From: Okeania sp. SIO2C9
GTDB lineage: Bacteria > Cyanobacteriota > Cyanobacteriia > Cyanobacteriales > Microcoleaceae
Assembly: GCF_010672455.1 (NCBI RefSeq)
Contig: NZ_JAAHGO010000007.1
Location: forward strand, 306,659 to 338,658
DNA: 32,000 nt
Reading direction: 5' to 3'
Shown here one piece after another: positions 9,488 to 19,014 of the stretch. Position 1 is the stretch's first letter; every line of letters begins with the position of its first letter. The position numbers and the translations under genes were made by a program. The notes beneath the pieces were generated by a model. The model saw nothing but the letters and a program-made list of their open reading frames with translations. It did not search any database and had not been told where the DNA came from.

Positions 9488-9620
9488 TAGCCTTGCCTTA
9501 GCAATATCCTGAATGCTAATTAGTTATGTAGCAGTAAATAATTTCCGACTGCTATATGAATTTATATTGATTTAGTTAATCATTTTTTCAATCTAATAAT
9601 TGACTTTTATTTATTATTTA

Positions 9621-11363
9621 TCAATACTGAGCTACAACACAAGTTGATTTGGAAGCTGACTTTGGTGAAACTAAAGCAACTACATGAGGAACAGGATGTG
9701 GAGTATACCTGACTAAAGATTTACCTTCATAAACTAGAGACGTACTAGCTCCAGAATCTAACATAACTGCATCCCGAAATCTTACTTGTGCTAAAAGTTG
9801 AGCAAGTTTAACGGAACCAACTCTTTGATAGGATACGCCAATAATAGGTTAACCACTACGATGAATGCCCCAAAATGCTCGGTGACGAGGTTCATTAAAC
9901 TTGAATAGTTCACCAAAAGTTTCTGCTGGTTGTGGTTGATAATTTCTCACTAAAAATGCAGCTCCCACAAAAGCATCTGTAAAATTTTGCATCTCTGCTT
10001 TTATGCCTTTGATTGTATTGTGATTTTCGGGATTAAAAGGAATAAAATTTACTTGAGCATTACTAATTAATACTAGCGGACTATTCTTTAATTTATTATT
10101 GTCATAGCTATCTCCAGGCACAAATTTTTTTGTATTCTGACTAAAAATCGAACCAATTACTTCGTTATAATCTAGTTTTTCCAGAGAAAAAAATACTCCA
10201 TCTACTCCAGCGATCGCCTGATGTTTTGCCAGAATATCTTTGACTTGATACCGACTATCTGCATGAATAGTTATTGGTTTTCCTCCAGAAATTAAAATTA
10301 ATGGAATTCCTTGAAGAGTTATTTCATTTTTGATAATTTGACCAGTAAAATCAAACCCAAATTTCCAGGGAGGTAATTGTAATCCACCAAAAGTTTTTGC
10401 AATTGCCTTTTTTAATCCTGATTGACCAAAGCGGTCTATTGCCAATAAACTTTTTGATTTATTGCTAAAGATATTTCTATTATTTTCCATTGTTAGTGCT
10501 GCTTCATATCCCCCTACTTTTACCCAAGCACTAACACGCTCATCATATTTACCTTCTGGATAAGTAAAATAGTTAATTTTTATTCCTAATTTTTTCTCTA
10601 AAATTTGCTTTGATTTGAAAATTTCTGCTTGTAGTTCTCGGTCAGATAATTTAGTTAAATCTTTGGGATGAGTAACACTATGGGAAGCAATTGTGACTAA
10701 TGGATTTTTTGCCATTTCTTGCAATTGTGACCAACTGAGAGTAGAACGACCAACTATTTTGCCTTCTACTTTGTCTGTATATACTGAGAAAACTGCTGGA
10801 TAATTATATTTTTTGAGTAGGGGATAAACTATTTCATAATGACCAATATATCCGTCATCAAATGTCAGAACTATTGGTTTTTCTGGTAATGCTTCTCCTG
10901 TGCGTAAATGCTGAATTAGTTGGTCTAAACTAATGGGTGTTACTCCACTTTCTTGAATTAATTCAAGATGCTTTTCAAATTGTTTTACTGTGACATCAAA
11001 AGAAACTTTTTTCTTGGGCAAAATATCGTGATACATCATTACAGGAACTTTCCCTAATCTTGCTCGTTCGTGAATTATCGGCCAAGGATTGGGTATAGTA
11101 TTAGCAGCAACAATTGTTTGTTCTCCCAGTGTTGTAATTAAGTTAGCTAATCCCATTTCTGGATTCGTCATCCAGTTAGAAATAGTTAGTAACTTATTTA
11201 CTGAATTATCGACTGATATTTCTGATAATTGAATATTGTCATTGTTGCAAAATTGAAGAGATTTTAAATTAGAAGTAGTTTGAGCAACTATTGGTTCTGA
11301 AAATATTCCGATTAATAGAGTTAAACTCAGATATAAACTGAATCGATTGTGATTTTTAGCCAT
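9621..11363 (-). pseudogene. Secreted polysaccharide deacetylase (NodB) fused to a phosphodiester glycosidase (NAGPA/DUF2233-like) domain, interrupted by an in-frame TAA
   Basis: The start MAKNHNRFSLYLSLTLLIGIFSEPIVAQ (ATG complement at 11361-11363) looks like a signal peptide. NodB motifs: VPVMMYHDI, LTFDDGY, SHSVTHP. The ORF stops at TAA (9849-9851), yet the same frame continues as PIIGVSYQRVGSVKLAQLLAQVRFRDAVMLDSGASTSLVYEGKSL... to TGA at 9621-9623. That continuation is the conserved end of the glycosidase domain. Confidence 0.7.
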
Positions 11364-11407
11364 TTTTAATATTTTTTTTAAGGAACAGAAAAAGCAAATT
11401 ATCAAGA

Positions 11408-11523
11408 AAGGCAGAAGGCAAGAGGCAGGAGGCAGAAGGGAGAAGGCAGAAGAGAATTCTGACTCCAGCTCTCGCTGCCCGTGACCGAAGGGAACAAGGG
11501 AATTAAACCCAAAATAAAAAGAT
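11408..11523. mobile_element. Repeat element family 3 ((GAAGGCA)n + GC-rich core + ..TTAAACCCAAAA(T/G)AAAAAGAT)
   Basis: AAGGCAGAAGGCAAGAGGCAGG...GGGAATTAAACCCAAAATAAAAAGAT. The terminus matches the copy inside the methyltransferase gene (GGGGTATTAAACCCAAAAGAAAAAGAT). It accounts for the spurious N-terminal extension of ORF 9849-11588. Confidence 0.55.
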
Positions 11524-11704
11524 AAAAAATGACAATCTAGTTTGAATTCATCTAGATATTTGAAAAATACCAATAAAAAGAATAGCAAGATTTTTTAGAC
11601 AGTTTATCAATACTTTTATTTGTTTTAATCAATGTATAACAGCCAACAAAAATAGGAATTAAGTGTTTAAAAAAAAGTTAACAATAGATTAATAATTTTT
11701 GATA

Positions 11705-11872
11705 TTTCACCGAAAAATTTGGGTAGTTACGCCTCCTCTTTTAAGAGGATAAAAAGCCCTCAAGCGATGGCGAGTTATCCTCCCCATATCTAATGGACTA
11801 AGAGAAAAGAAGATTCCGTATTTTCTTACCTCCTTATTGCAGAGGTACTGGTAACTGATAACTGATAACTGA
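11705..11872 (-). mobile_element. MITE family 2 copy, long variant, reverse orientation
   Basis: TTTCACCGAAAAATTTGGGTAGTTACGCCTCCTCTTTTAAGAGG...GATGGCGAG...AGAGGTACTGGTAACTGATAACTG. It is the reverse complement of the ATTACCTCT...TTCGGTAAA family and carries the GC-rich core. Confidence 0.65.
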
Positions 11873-11939
11873 AATTACACCAGCCTCATCAAACCTTTAC
11901 CTAAAGTTGAGATATAATTAACCTAATTAATTGTAATTC

Positions 11940-12120
11940 GTAAGCATTTAGCTGTTAGTTCTTATCAGGGAGTCTTAATAAATATAGACTGTTTCAGCCA
12001 GCTTTTATAGTAAGTATAAATTCTGGCTCAATTAGTAAAGTTTTTATCTAAAACTAAAAGCCATAGCTGATAGCTGATAGCTGACTGCTGTTTGCGCAGC
12101 ATTCCGGAGGAAATGCTTAC
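11940..12120. mobile_element. MITE family 4 copy (TIR GTAAGCAT...ATGCTTAC, internal (AGCTGAT)n)
   Basis: GTAAGCATTTAGCTG ... GGAGGAAATGCTTAC. It is homologous in ends and size to 15186-15370. Confidence 0.7.
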
Positions 12121-12140
12121 TATAATTGTGGAGAAAAAAA

Positions 12141-13274
12141 ATGAAATTTAACCGTCGTTATTTCCTAATTTCTCTCGGCAGTGCATTAGGATTAGCTTTT
12201 AATTCTTGCAAAAATTTCCAGCAAACCCAGACTACAAACGCCGAAAATTTTAACTCTCAAATTCCCGCAAATCAGACTATTTCTCCCTCATAAATATCAA
12301 CTCCATCAACACCAGCTCCTCCAGGAATGTTTGCACCAAAACGAGGAGATATTCGACTCGTAGTTATCAGTGATTTAAACAGTAGTTATGGCTCCACAAC
12401 TTACCAACCACAAGTAGAAAAAACTATTCCTTTAATACCTGAATGGCAACCAGATTTCGTGCTTTGTGCAGGTGATACGATCGCCGGACAAAAACAGTCA
12501 CTTACTGAAGAAAATATTCAAGCTATGTGGGATGGTTTTGACCGTTATATTGCCACACGATTACGTCAAAGAAAACAACCTTTTGCTATTACTATTGGCA
12601 ATCATGATGCTTCAGGTTATTTCAAAAAATCTGGGGATGGATATAAATATGAAAAAGAGCGCAGACAAGCACAACTTTATTGGAGCAAACATCAAAATGA
12701 TTTAAACATAAATTTTCTAGAAGCAGATGGATTTCCTTTTTATTACAGCTTTCTCCATAAAGAAATTTTTTATTTAATTTGGGATGCTTCTATGCTTCGG
12801 ATTCCTAAACAACAATTAGAATGGGTAGAAAAAAGTCTCGCAAGTAGTCAAGCACAAACAGCAAAAATGCGAATTGTCATGGGGCATTTACCTTTTTATG
12901 CTGTTGCTCCTACTAAAAATAAAATGGGTGATGTTTTAGCGAAAGCTGATGAGTTACGAACTATGCTAGAAAAGTATAATGTTCACCTATATATTAGCGG
13001 TCATCATCATGCTTATTTTCCTGGTTATAAAGGTAATTTGAAGTTGCTTTATTCTGGTGCTTTAGGTAGCGGTCCGCGTACTTTAATTGGTAGTAAGTTA
13101 TCTCCCAGAAATACTTTGACAGTTGTTGATATTAATCTAGAGCAAAATAAGAGTTTTTACACAACCTATGACATGAATACTTTAGCAGTGGTTAATCCAC
13201 AGGAGTTACCAGAAAAAATTACAGGTTTAAATGGTTGGGTTTTACGAGAAAAAGAAGTAATGTTGCCTAGTTAA
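12141..13274 (+). pseudogene. Calcineurin-like metallophosphoesterase; Tat/lipoprotein signal peptide separated from the catalytic domain by an in-frame TAA
   Basis: ATG at 12141 encodes MKFNRRYFLISLGSALGLAFNSC (twin-Arg plus lipobox Cys). TAA at 12291-12293 is in the same frame as ORF 12327-13274. That ORF has GDTIAG, GNHD, GHLPFY and SGHHH motifs. Confidence 0.75.
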
Positions 13275-14215
13275 AAAAATTGGGATAATCTGACATACTG
13301 TCTATCGAGGTAATTTAAAATTACTTGATTCTAGAGCTTTAGGTGGGGTCCTGCTGTTGATATTAATTTAGAGGAAAACAAGAGTTTTTATGCTACCTAT
13401 GATCTGAAGACTTTAGTAGTGGTTAACCTACAGAAATTACCAGAAAAAATTACAGGTTTAAATGGTTGGGTTTTGCCGGAAAAAGAAACAATGTTGCCTA
13501 GTTAGAAAAAATCAGGAGAATCTAAACACACTGTCTATCGAGGTAATTTAAATTACTTACTCTGGTGTTTCAGATAGGAGTCTGCATAATTTAATTAGTA
13601 CTAACTTATCTCCCAGAAATACTTTAACAGTTCTTGATATTAATTTATGGCAAAACAAGAGTTTCTACATAACAGGTTCCGAACATTTTAGCAGCGGTTA
13701 ACCCACAGGAGTTACCAGAAAAAATTACAGGTTTAAATGGTTGGGTTTTACGGGAAAAATCAGCAATGTTGCCTAGTTAGAAAAAATCAGGAAAATCTAA
13801 CACACTGTCTATCGAGGTAATTTAAAATTACTTGTTCTAGAGCTTCAGGTAGAAGTCTGCATAATTTAATTAGTACTAACTTATCTCCCAGAAATACTTT
13901 GACAGTTATTGATATTAATCTAGAGCAAACCCAGAGTTTCTACACAACAGGTTCTGGAGACTTTAGCAGTGGTTAACCTACAGGAGTTATCAGAAAAAAT
14001 TACAGGTTTAAATGGTTGGGTCTTGCGAGAAAAATAAACAATGTTGCCTAGTTAGAAAAAATCAGGAAAATCTAAACACACTGTCTATCGAGGTAATTTA
14101 AATTACTTGCTCTGGTGCTTCAGGTAGGATTCTGCGTAATTTAATTAGCACTAACTTATCTCCCAGAAATACTTTAACAGTTCTTGATATTAATTTAGGG
14201 CAAAACAAGAGTTTT
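13031..14215 (+). repeat. Tandem array of about 275-bp units copying the last ~75 codons plus 3' flank of the metallophosphoesterase gene
   Basis: The anchor AGGTAATTT recurs at 13031, 13308, 13541, 13815 and 14091. The anchor ACAGGTTTAAATGG recurs at 13221, 13452, 13727 and 14002. Copies carry substitutions, indels and frameshifts. The last unit is cut by inserted elements at 14216. Its remainder is at about 15040-15097 and 15426-15520. Confidence 0.9.
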
Positions 14216-14803
14216 ACCGAATAATTAAGGTAAAAAAGCTTTTATGTAAAGAAGAAATAAATCCCAAAAATCCCCTTCGTCAATCCTATCGGTTTTTAGG
14301 AGAAGTAATTATCTTTTTCTTTATGAGTTTAATATCCCACCTGAAAGGGTGTCTATAAACCCCAATCAATTGTAGACACAAAGTGGTTTGTCGAAGACTA
14401 TTCCCATTCACTTTTGCCTTCTTCCTTCTCTCCTAGATAACTAAAGCCTTATTACTTTTTACTTCTTCTTTCTTATACCAATTAACTTTAGGAATGTCAC
14501 AAATAGTTTCCAAGTTTAAATTTCAAATAATTGCCCGAAACTATCGTCTTATCAAAGTTTTTAGTCGATCAAATCTAACTTATAACCTCAGCATTCAGCC
14601 ATTAGCGGTCAGCTTTCCTCCTCCGGAGGAACTACGTTAACAGGAATTAATAGTTTGAGGATTTGAGTAATATTGAGTTTGAGTCGTGAGCAAGTAGCTA
14701 ATTTATTTCATAATTTTAATTCTGTTAAATATTTCAATTCTGATTCCTCAAAAAAGCGCAATTAAGTTAATAGCTGATGCCTGTATAGCTGACACCTGAA
14801 TCC

Positions 14804-14990
14804 TTACCGAATTATTAATAATTAATAATTAATAATTAAATAATTATGGTTTAAAGCCTCCCCTTTTAAGGGGAAAAAAGCGGTCGAGGGATGGCGAGGT
14901 CTCGGAGCCATATCCAATCGACTCCTGTGAAGAAATCAGATCTCCTTATATTCAATCAAGAGCGGTTTTAACCAGAGGTAATTATCAATT
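14804..14990 (-). mobile_element. MITE family 2 copy, long variant, reverse orientation
   Basis: TTACCGAATTATTAATAATT...TTTAAAGCCTCCCCTTTTAAGGGG...GGATGGCGAGGTCTCGGAGCCATATCCAATCGACTCC...ACCAGAGGTAATTATC. Confidence 0.75.
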
Positions 14991-15185
14991 AATGAACTTC
15001 TAACTTCTGCCTTCTGCCTTCTTCAATAACTGTTAAAACTACCTATGAGCAGTAGTTAATTCACAGGAATTACCAAAAAAAATTACAGGTTTAAATATAG
15101 TAATCCTAAATTGGTTGTGAAAATTTTTATAATAGTTAATTTGAACTGAAAACATTAGTAAATTCTAACTCCTGACTCCTGACTC

Positions 15186-15370
15186 GTAAGCATTCAGCCG
15201 TCAGCTATCAGCTATCAGCTATTGCTTTTAGTCTAGGATCAAAGCAATATTTAATTGTCTTACTACAAAAGTTGACTCCTTTACCCTTAAAGTCAGTTGT
15301 TAATTTAAATACTGTCCTTAAGGAGACATTCTTGTTGCTGATAGCTGACAGCTAATAGCTGAATGCTTAC
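15186..15370. mobile_element. MITE family 4 copy inserted in a (CTGACTC)n STRR array
   Basis: GTAAGCATTCAGCCGTCAGCTATCAGC ... GCTGACAGCTAATAGCTGAATGCTTAC. It is flanked on both sides by CTCCTGACTCCTGACTC repeats. Confidence 0.75.
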
Positions 15371-15533
15371 CCTGACTCCTGACTCCTAACTCCTAACTGC
15401 CACCAAAATATTACAACTTAAATAGGATTGCTATAGTTAGGTTTTGCGGAAAAAAGAAACAATGTTGTCTAATTAACAAAAATCAGGATAATCTGACATA
15501 CTGTCTGTTGTAAATCATTTTTGGCAATCTATT

Positions 15534-16769
15534 ATGGCAACAATTAACGATAATTACCTCAAACTTAAAGCAGGTTATCTCTTTCCAGAAATCGCCCGTC
15601 GAGTAAATACCTTCGCTGAAGCTCACCCAGAGGCCAAAATTATTAAACTAGGTATTGGGGACGTCACCGAACCCCTGCCAGAAGCTTGTCGTCAGGCCAT
15701 TATTAAAGCTGTAGAAGAAATGGGCGATCGCTCAACTTTTAAAGGTTATGGCCCAGAGCAAGGTTATGGTTGGTTGCGAGAGAAAATTGCGGCTGAAGAT
15801 TTCCAAGCTAGGGGATGTGATATTGATGCCTCGGAAATATTTATTTCTGATGGATCTAAGTGCGACACTGGTAATATTCTCGACATTTTTGGTCACGATA
15901 ATACTATTGCAGTTACTGACCCAGTTTATCCGGTGTATGTGGATACTAATGTAATGGCAGGTAATACTGGAGATGTGAATGAGAAAGGAGAATATGAGGG
16001 TTTAGTTTATTTACCCATTACCGCAGAAAATAATTTTACTGCTGAACTTCCCACTCAAAAAGTAGATTTGATTTATCTGTGTTTCCCGAATAACCCTACT
16101 GGTGCCACTGCCACAAAAGAATATCTCCAGACTTGGGTAAATTATGCAAAAGCAAATAATGCGATTATTTTATTCGATGCTGCTTACGAAGCATTTATTA
16201 CTGATGCAAGTCTTCCCCACTCCATTTATGAAATAGAAGGAGCAAGAGAATGCGCGATCGAATTTCGCTCCTTTTCTAAGAATGCTGGTTTTACAGGTAC
16301 TCGTTGTGCGCTTACTGTTATACCCAAAACTCTCAAGGGGAAAGCTGCTGATGGTAGCGATGTAGAATTATGGAAGTTGTGGAACCGCCGTCATTGCACA
16401 AAATTTAATGGAGTTTCTTATATTGTGCAGCGTGGTGCGGAGGCAGTTTACTCCGATGAAGGGAAAGCACAGGTGAAGGGGTTGATCGAATTTTATTTAG
16501 AGAATGCCAAAATTATTTGTTCCCAGTTACAAGCGGCAGGGTTAACTGTTTATGGTGGTGTGAATGCGCCTTATGTTTGGGTGCAGACTCCTACAGGTTT
16601 GTCTAGTTGGGATTTTTTCGATAAACTGTTGCACAACTGTAATGTTGTCGGTACTCCCGGTTCAGGTTTCGGTGCAGCAGGTGAAGGTTACTTCCGAATT
16701 TCCGCTTTTAATAGTCGGGAAAATGTGAATGAGGCGATGAAACGGATAACTGAGAAATTTAAAGTTTAG
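15534..16769 (+). CDS. dapL: LL-diaminopimelate aminotransferase
   Basis: 411 aa. [49 protein letters not shown], plus [13 protein letters not shown] (PLP-lysine region), are characteristic of cyanobacterial/plant DapL. Confidence 0.92.
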   Translation: MATINDNYLKLKAGYLFPEIARRVNTFAEAHPEAKIIKLGIGDVTEPLPEACRQAIIKAVEEMGDRSTFKGYGPEQGYGWLREKIAAEDFQARGCDIDASEIFISDGSKCDTGNILDIFGHDNTIAVTDPVYPVYVDTNVMAGNTGDVNEKGEYEGLVYLPITAENNFTAELPTQKVDLIYLCFPNNPTGATATKEYLQTWVNYAKANNAIILFDAAYEAFITDASLPHSIYEIEGARECAIEFRSFSKNAGFTGTRCALTVIPKTLKGKAADGSDVELWKLWNRRHCTKFNGVSYIVQRGAEAVYSDEGKAQVKGLIEFYLENAKIICSQLQAAGLTVYGGVNAPYVWVQTPTGLSSWDFFDKLLHNCNVVGTPGSGFGAAGEGYFRISAFNSRENVNEAMKRITEKFKV

Positions 16770-16883
16770 GTAGGCGATCGCTAAAATCAGTATTAGTAGG
16801 ATGGGCAAATCTTCAGTTATGGAAAATATTTCTAACTGAAGCAACATTTGCCTACCTATTTGTCAATCAAATGGAAAAACTAT

Positions 16884-17504
16884 ATGTCTTTTAGTAACTA
16901 TAAAAGTATTAGTGCAGTTATCCAAGAATTTCAAATTACCTACATTGAATCTGATTTTATTTTAGAGACAGAATTTAGCATTCCTGAATATTTCAGAAAT
17001 GATATAGAAATAGTTATGCGGGAAGGAATAGTTGATAATTCAAAATTTGCTATCTGTGAAAATTTAATTTATCCAGTTTTAAAAGAAGTCTGGAAATCTT
17101 ATTGTAGTAAGTTGATTTTGTGGAGTCATCAGTCGCTGATTTATAACGATAATCTTGCGGATTTTCCAGAATATATTCTAGCGAAACGTTCTCCACTAGG
17201 AAAAGTTGTCTTTGACAAACCTTATTTACTTTTAGTAGAAGCAAAACAAGATAAATTTGAGGAAGGATGGGGACAATGTTTGGCAGAAATGGTAGCTGCT
17301 CAAAAATTAAATGAAAACCCAGAGATGATAGTTTTTGGGATTGTTTCAAATGGCAAAATTTGGCAATTTGGTAAACTACAAGCAAATATTTTTACCAAAA
17401 ATATGACTTTTTATTCTTTTCAAGACTTAGACCAATTATTTGCCGTGGTTAACTATATTTTTCAACAATGTGAACTACAGCTAGTGCCGCTACGCGGAAG
17501 TTAA
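16884..17504 (+). CDS. HSDR_N-like PD-(D/E)XK nuclease-fold protein (hypothetical)
   Basis: The ATG at 16884 is preferred over the TTG at 16848. The pattern ...LADFPEYILAK...PYLLLVEAKQDKFEEGWGQCLAEMVAAQ fits the D...(E/Q)xK core of type I restriction enzyme R N-terminal-like domains. Confidence 0.55.
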   Translation: MSFSNYKSISAVIQEFQITYIESDFILETEFSIPEYFRNDIEIVMREGIVDNSKFAICENLIYPVLKEVWKSYCSKLILWSHQSLIYNDNLADFPEYILAKRSPLGKVVFDKPYLLLVEAKQDKFEEGWGQCLAEMVAAQKLNENPEMIVFGIVSNGKIWQFGKLQANIFTKNMTFYSFQDLDQLFAVVNYIFQQCELQLVPLRGS

Positions 17505-17522
17505 AAGTCAAAAGTTAAAAGC

Positions 17523-17565
17523 GAGTGTGTAATTCTGAGGTTTCCTCAGAATGTAAGACACACTC
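17523..17565. terminator. Long imperfect hairpin flanked by AAAGTCA/AAAGTTA heptamers (terminator or small palindromic element)
   Basis: GAGTGTGT-A-ATTCTGAGG TTT CCTCAGAAT-GTAAG-ACACACTC. The inner 9-bp stem is perfect. It sits 19 nt after the stop of 16884-17504. Confidence 0.45.
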
Positions 17566-17993
17566 AAGACAGTCAAAAGTTAAAAGTCAATCATTTTTTA
17601 TTTGTAATTGTTTGAGGATTTTGTAATAGAAACTTGAAAAAATAATGTTACAAATAATAAGCAGTATTAAAATAATTTGTAGGAAATATATATTGGACTA
17701 AAAAGATAAATTACTACACAATAAATGGTATTAAACCTATTCATTCTGACTCCTGACTCCTGACTCCTAAGCAGTAACCTAAATATTTGTAGCAAAGATT
17801 TATCAAACTGGTATAACTGGTCAGTTATTTCTACTATCCTGCACTAGATTCTCAAGTCTCTGTTTAATATTTTATTTAACAAGAATCAAACTTTTCCTAG
17901 GAAACCAAGCCTAGTTGTGTAAATCCTGAGTTAGTATTAAAATAATAAGTATCTATAGCTTTGTTAAATTAAAAACAAACAGATAAAAGTATC

Positions 17994-18584
17994 ATGATTA
18001 ACCCCTTAGAAATAGCCAAATATTTCATTATGCGGGCTTATGAAGATGGTAGAGAAGCTGAAATAACCAATATGAAAGTACAAAAACTTCTCTACTATAG
18101 CCAATGCTTATATTTAGCTCTTAATGATGAACCTTTATTCGCCGATGAAATACAAGCTTGGCGATCTGGTCCTGTTTGTCCTCCTGCTTATAAATTTTAC
18201 AGTAAATTTGAAGCCGAACAATTACCTATTCCAATTCAGGAAAATATGGCAAATTTAACCTCAGAAATCAAGCATATTTTAGAGGAAGTCTGGCAATATT
18301 TTGGCGAATATGATGCTTACGACTTAAGTGACTTAACACACTCAGAATCTCCTTGGAAAAAAGCCAGAAAAGATTTACCTAGTGATGCAAATTCAGACGA
18401 ACCTATACTATTAGAAGATATGCGTTTATTAGGAGAAGAAAAACTTTTAGAAATTGAGAAAGAACATCCTCACTACACATCCATTGTTTCTTATGTTTTA
18501 AACACAGCAATAGAATCTAAGGAAGAACCAGAATATATTCAGCAAGGAGAAGTAAATGACTGGCTCAAATCTCTTCTTGATTAA
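17994..18584 (+). CDS. Panacea-domain (DUF4065, SocA-like) antitoxin
   Basis: ITNMKVQKLLYYSQCLYLALNDEPLFADEIQAWRSGPVCPPAYKFY matches the KLxKLLYy...W..GPV..vY signature of DUF4065. The acidic C-terminal half and the 29-nt overlap with the next ORF fit a type II toxin-antitoxin operon. Confidence 0.75.
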   Translation: MINPLEIAKYFIMRAYEDGREAEITNMKVQKLLYYSQCLYLALNDEPLFADEIQAWRSGPVCPPAYKFYSKFEAEQLPIPIQENMANLTSEIKHILEEVWQYFGEYDAYDLSDLTHSESPWKKARKDLPSDANSDEPILLEDMRLLGEEKLLEIEKEHPHYTSIVSYVLNTAIESKEEPEYIQQGEVNDWLKSLLD

Positions 18585-18990
18585 GAAGAATACTAACTTT
18601 GAAAACAGTTTTAAAAAGTTAGTGAAAACCTATAAATCTAAGTCTGAAAAACAGAAGTTTACTCAGGATATTAGTATATACCTCAATAAACTAATCATTG
18701 ACCCTTATCCTCCTCAAGCAAGGGCTGAACCTTTACCAAAAGGTCTTGAATTACCTGATGAATGTCAGTTTTATAAGTTACTTTTAACTATTGGTAAAGG
18801 TACATCAGGAAAAATCAGATTAATGTATTTAGTTTACGAGATGAAAAGAGTAATTAATCCTTTATGGATTTATAATCATCAACAATTTGAAAAACGACCT
18901 CCTGATCGAGATATTAAAGATGTTATTCAAGAAACTTTTGAGGAAAAATCTATTGACAGAGAAACTACTAAAAATGAAATAGTTGCTTGA
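18556..18990 (+). CDS. Putative toxin, RelE/ParE-superfamily-like
   Basis: AAGGAG lies 8 nt upstream of the ATG. The pattern FENSFKKLVK...IYLNKLIIDPYPP...EPLPKGL...FYKLLLTIGKGTSGKIRLMYLVYEMKRVINPLWIYNH follows the RelE/ParE layout (F..lkkL, dP, yK.rl...g.yRl.Y.v......l.i.h). Confidence 0.55.
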   Translation: MTGSNLFLIKKNTNFENSFKKLVKTYKSKSEKQKFTQDISIYLNKLIIDPYPPQARAEPLPKGLELPDECQFYKLLLTIGKGTSGKIRLMYLVYEMKRVINPLWIYNHQQFEKRPPDRDIKDVIQETFEEKSIDRETTKNEIVA

Positions 18991-19014
18991 CTATTTTTGC
19001 TAAAAGTATTACTT

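Noticed and set aside
11364-11588. N-terminal 75-aa extension of ORF 9849-11588
   Set aside because: The extension is translated from the (GAAGGCA)n/GC-core repeat element. A proper signal-peptide start (MAKNHNRF...) exists at 11363.
13308-14215. Regular repeats that might be a CRISPR array
   Set aside because: The units are ~275 bp and contiguous, with no unique spacers. They are homologous to the 3' end of the adjacent phosphoesterase gene. No cas genes are present.
13031-14215. Variable/template repeat pair of a diversity-generating retroelement
   Set aside because: There is no reverse transcriptase in the window. Differences between copies include indels and substitutions at all four bases rather than adenine-specific changes. 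More than two copies lie in tandem.
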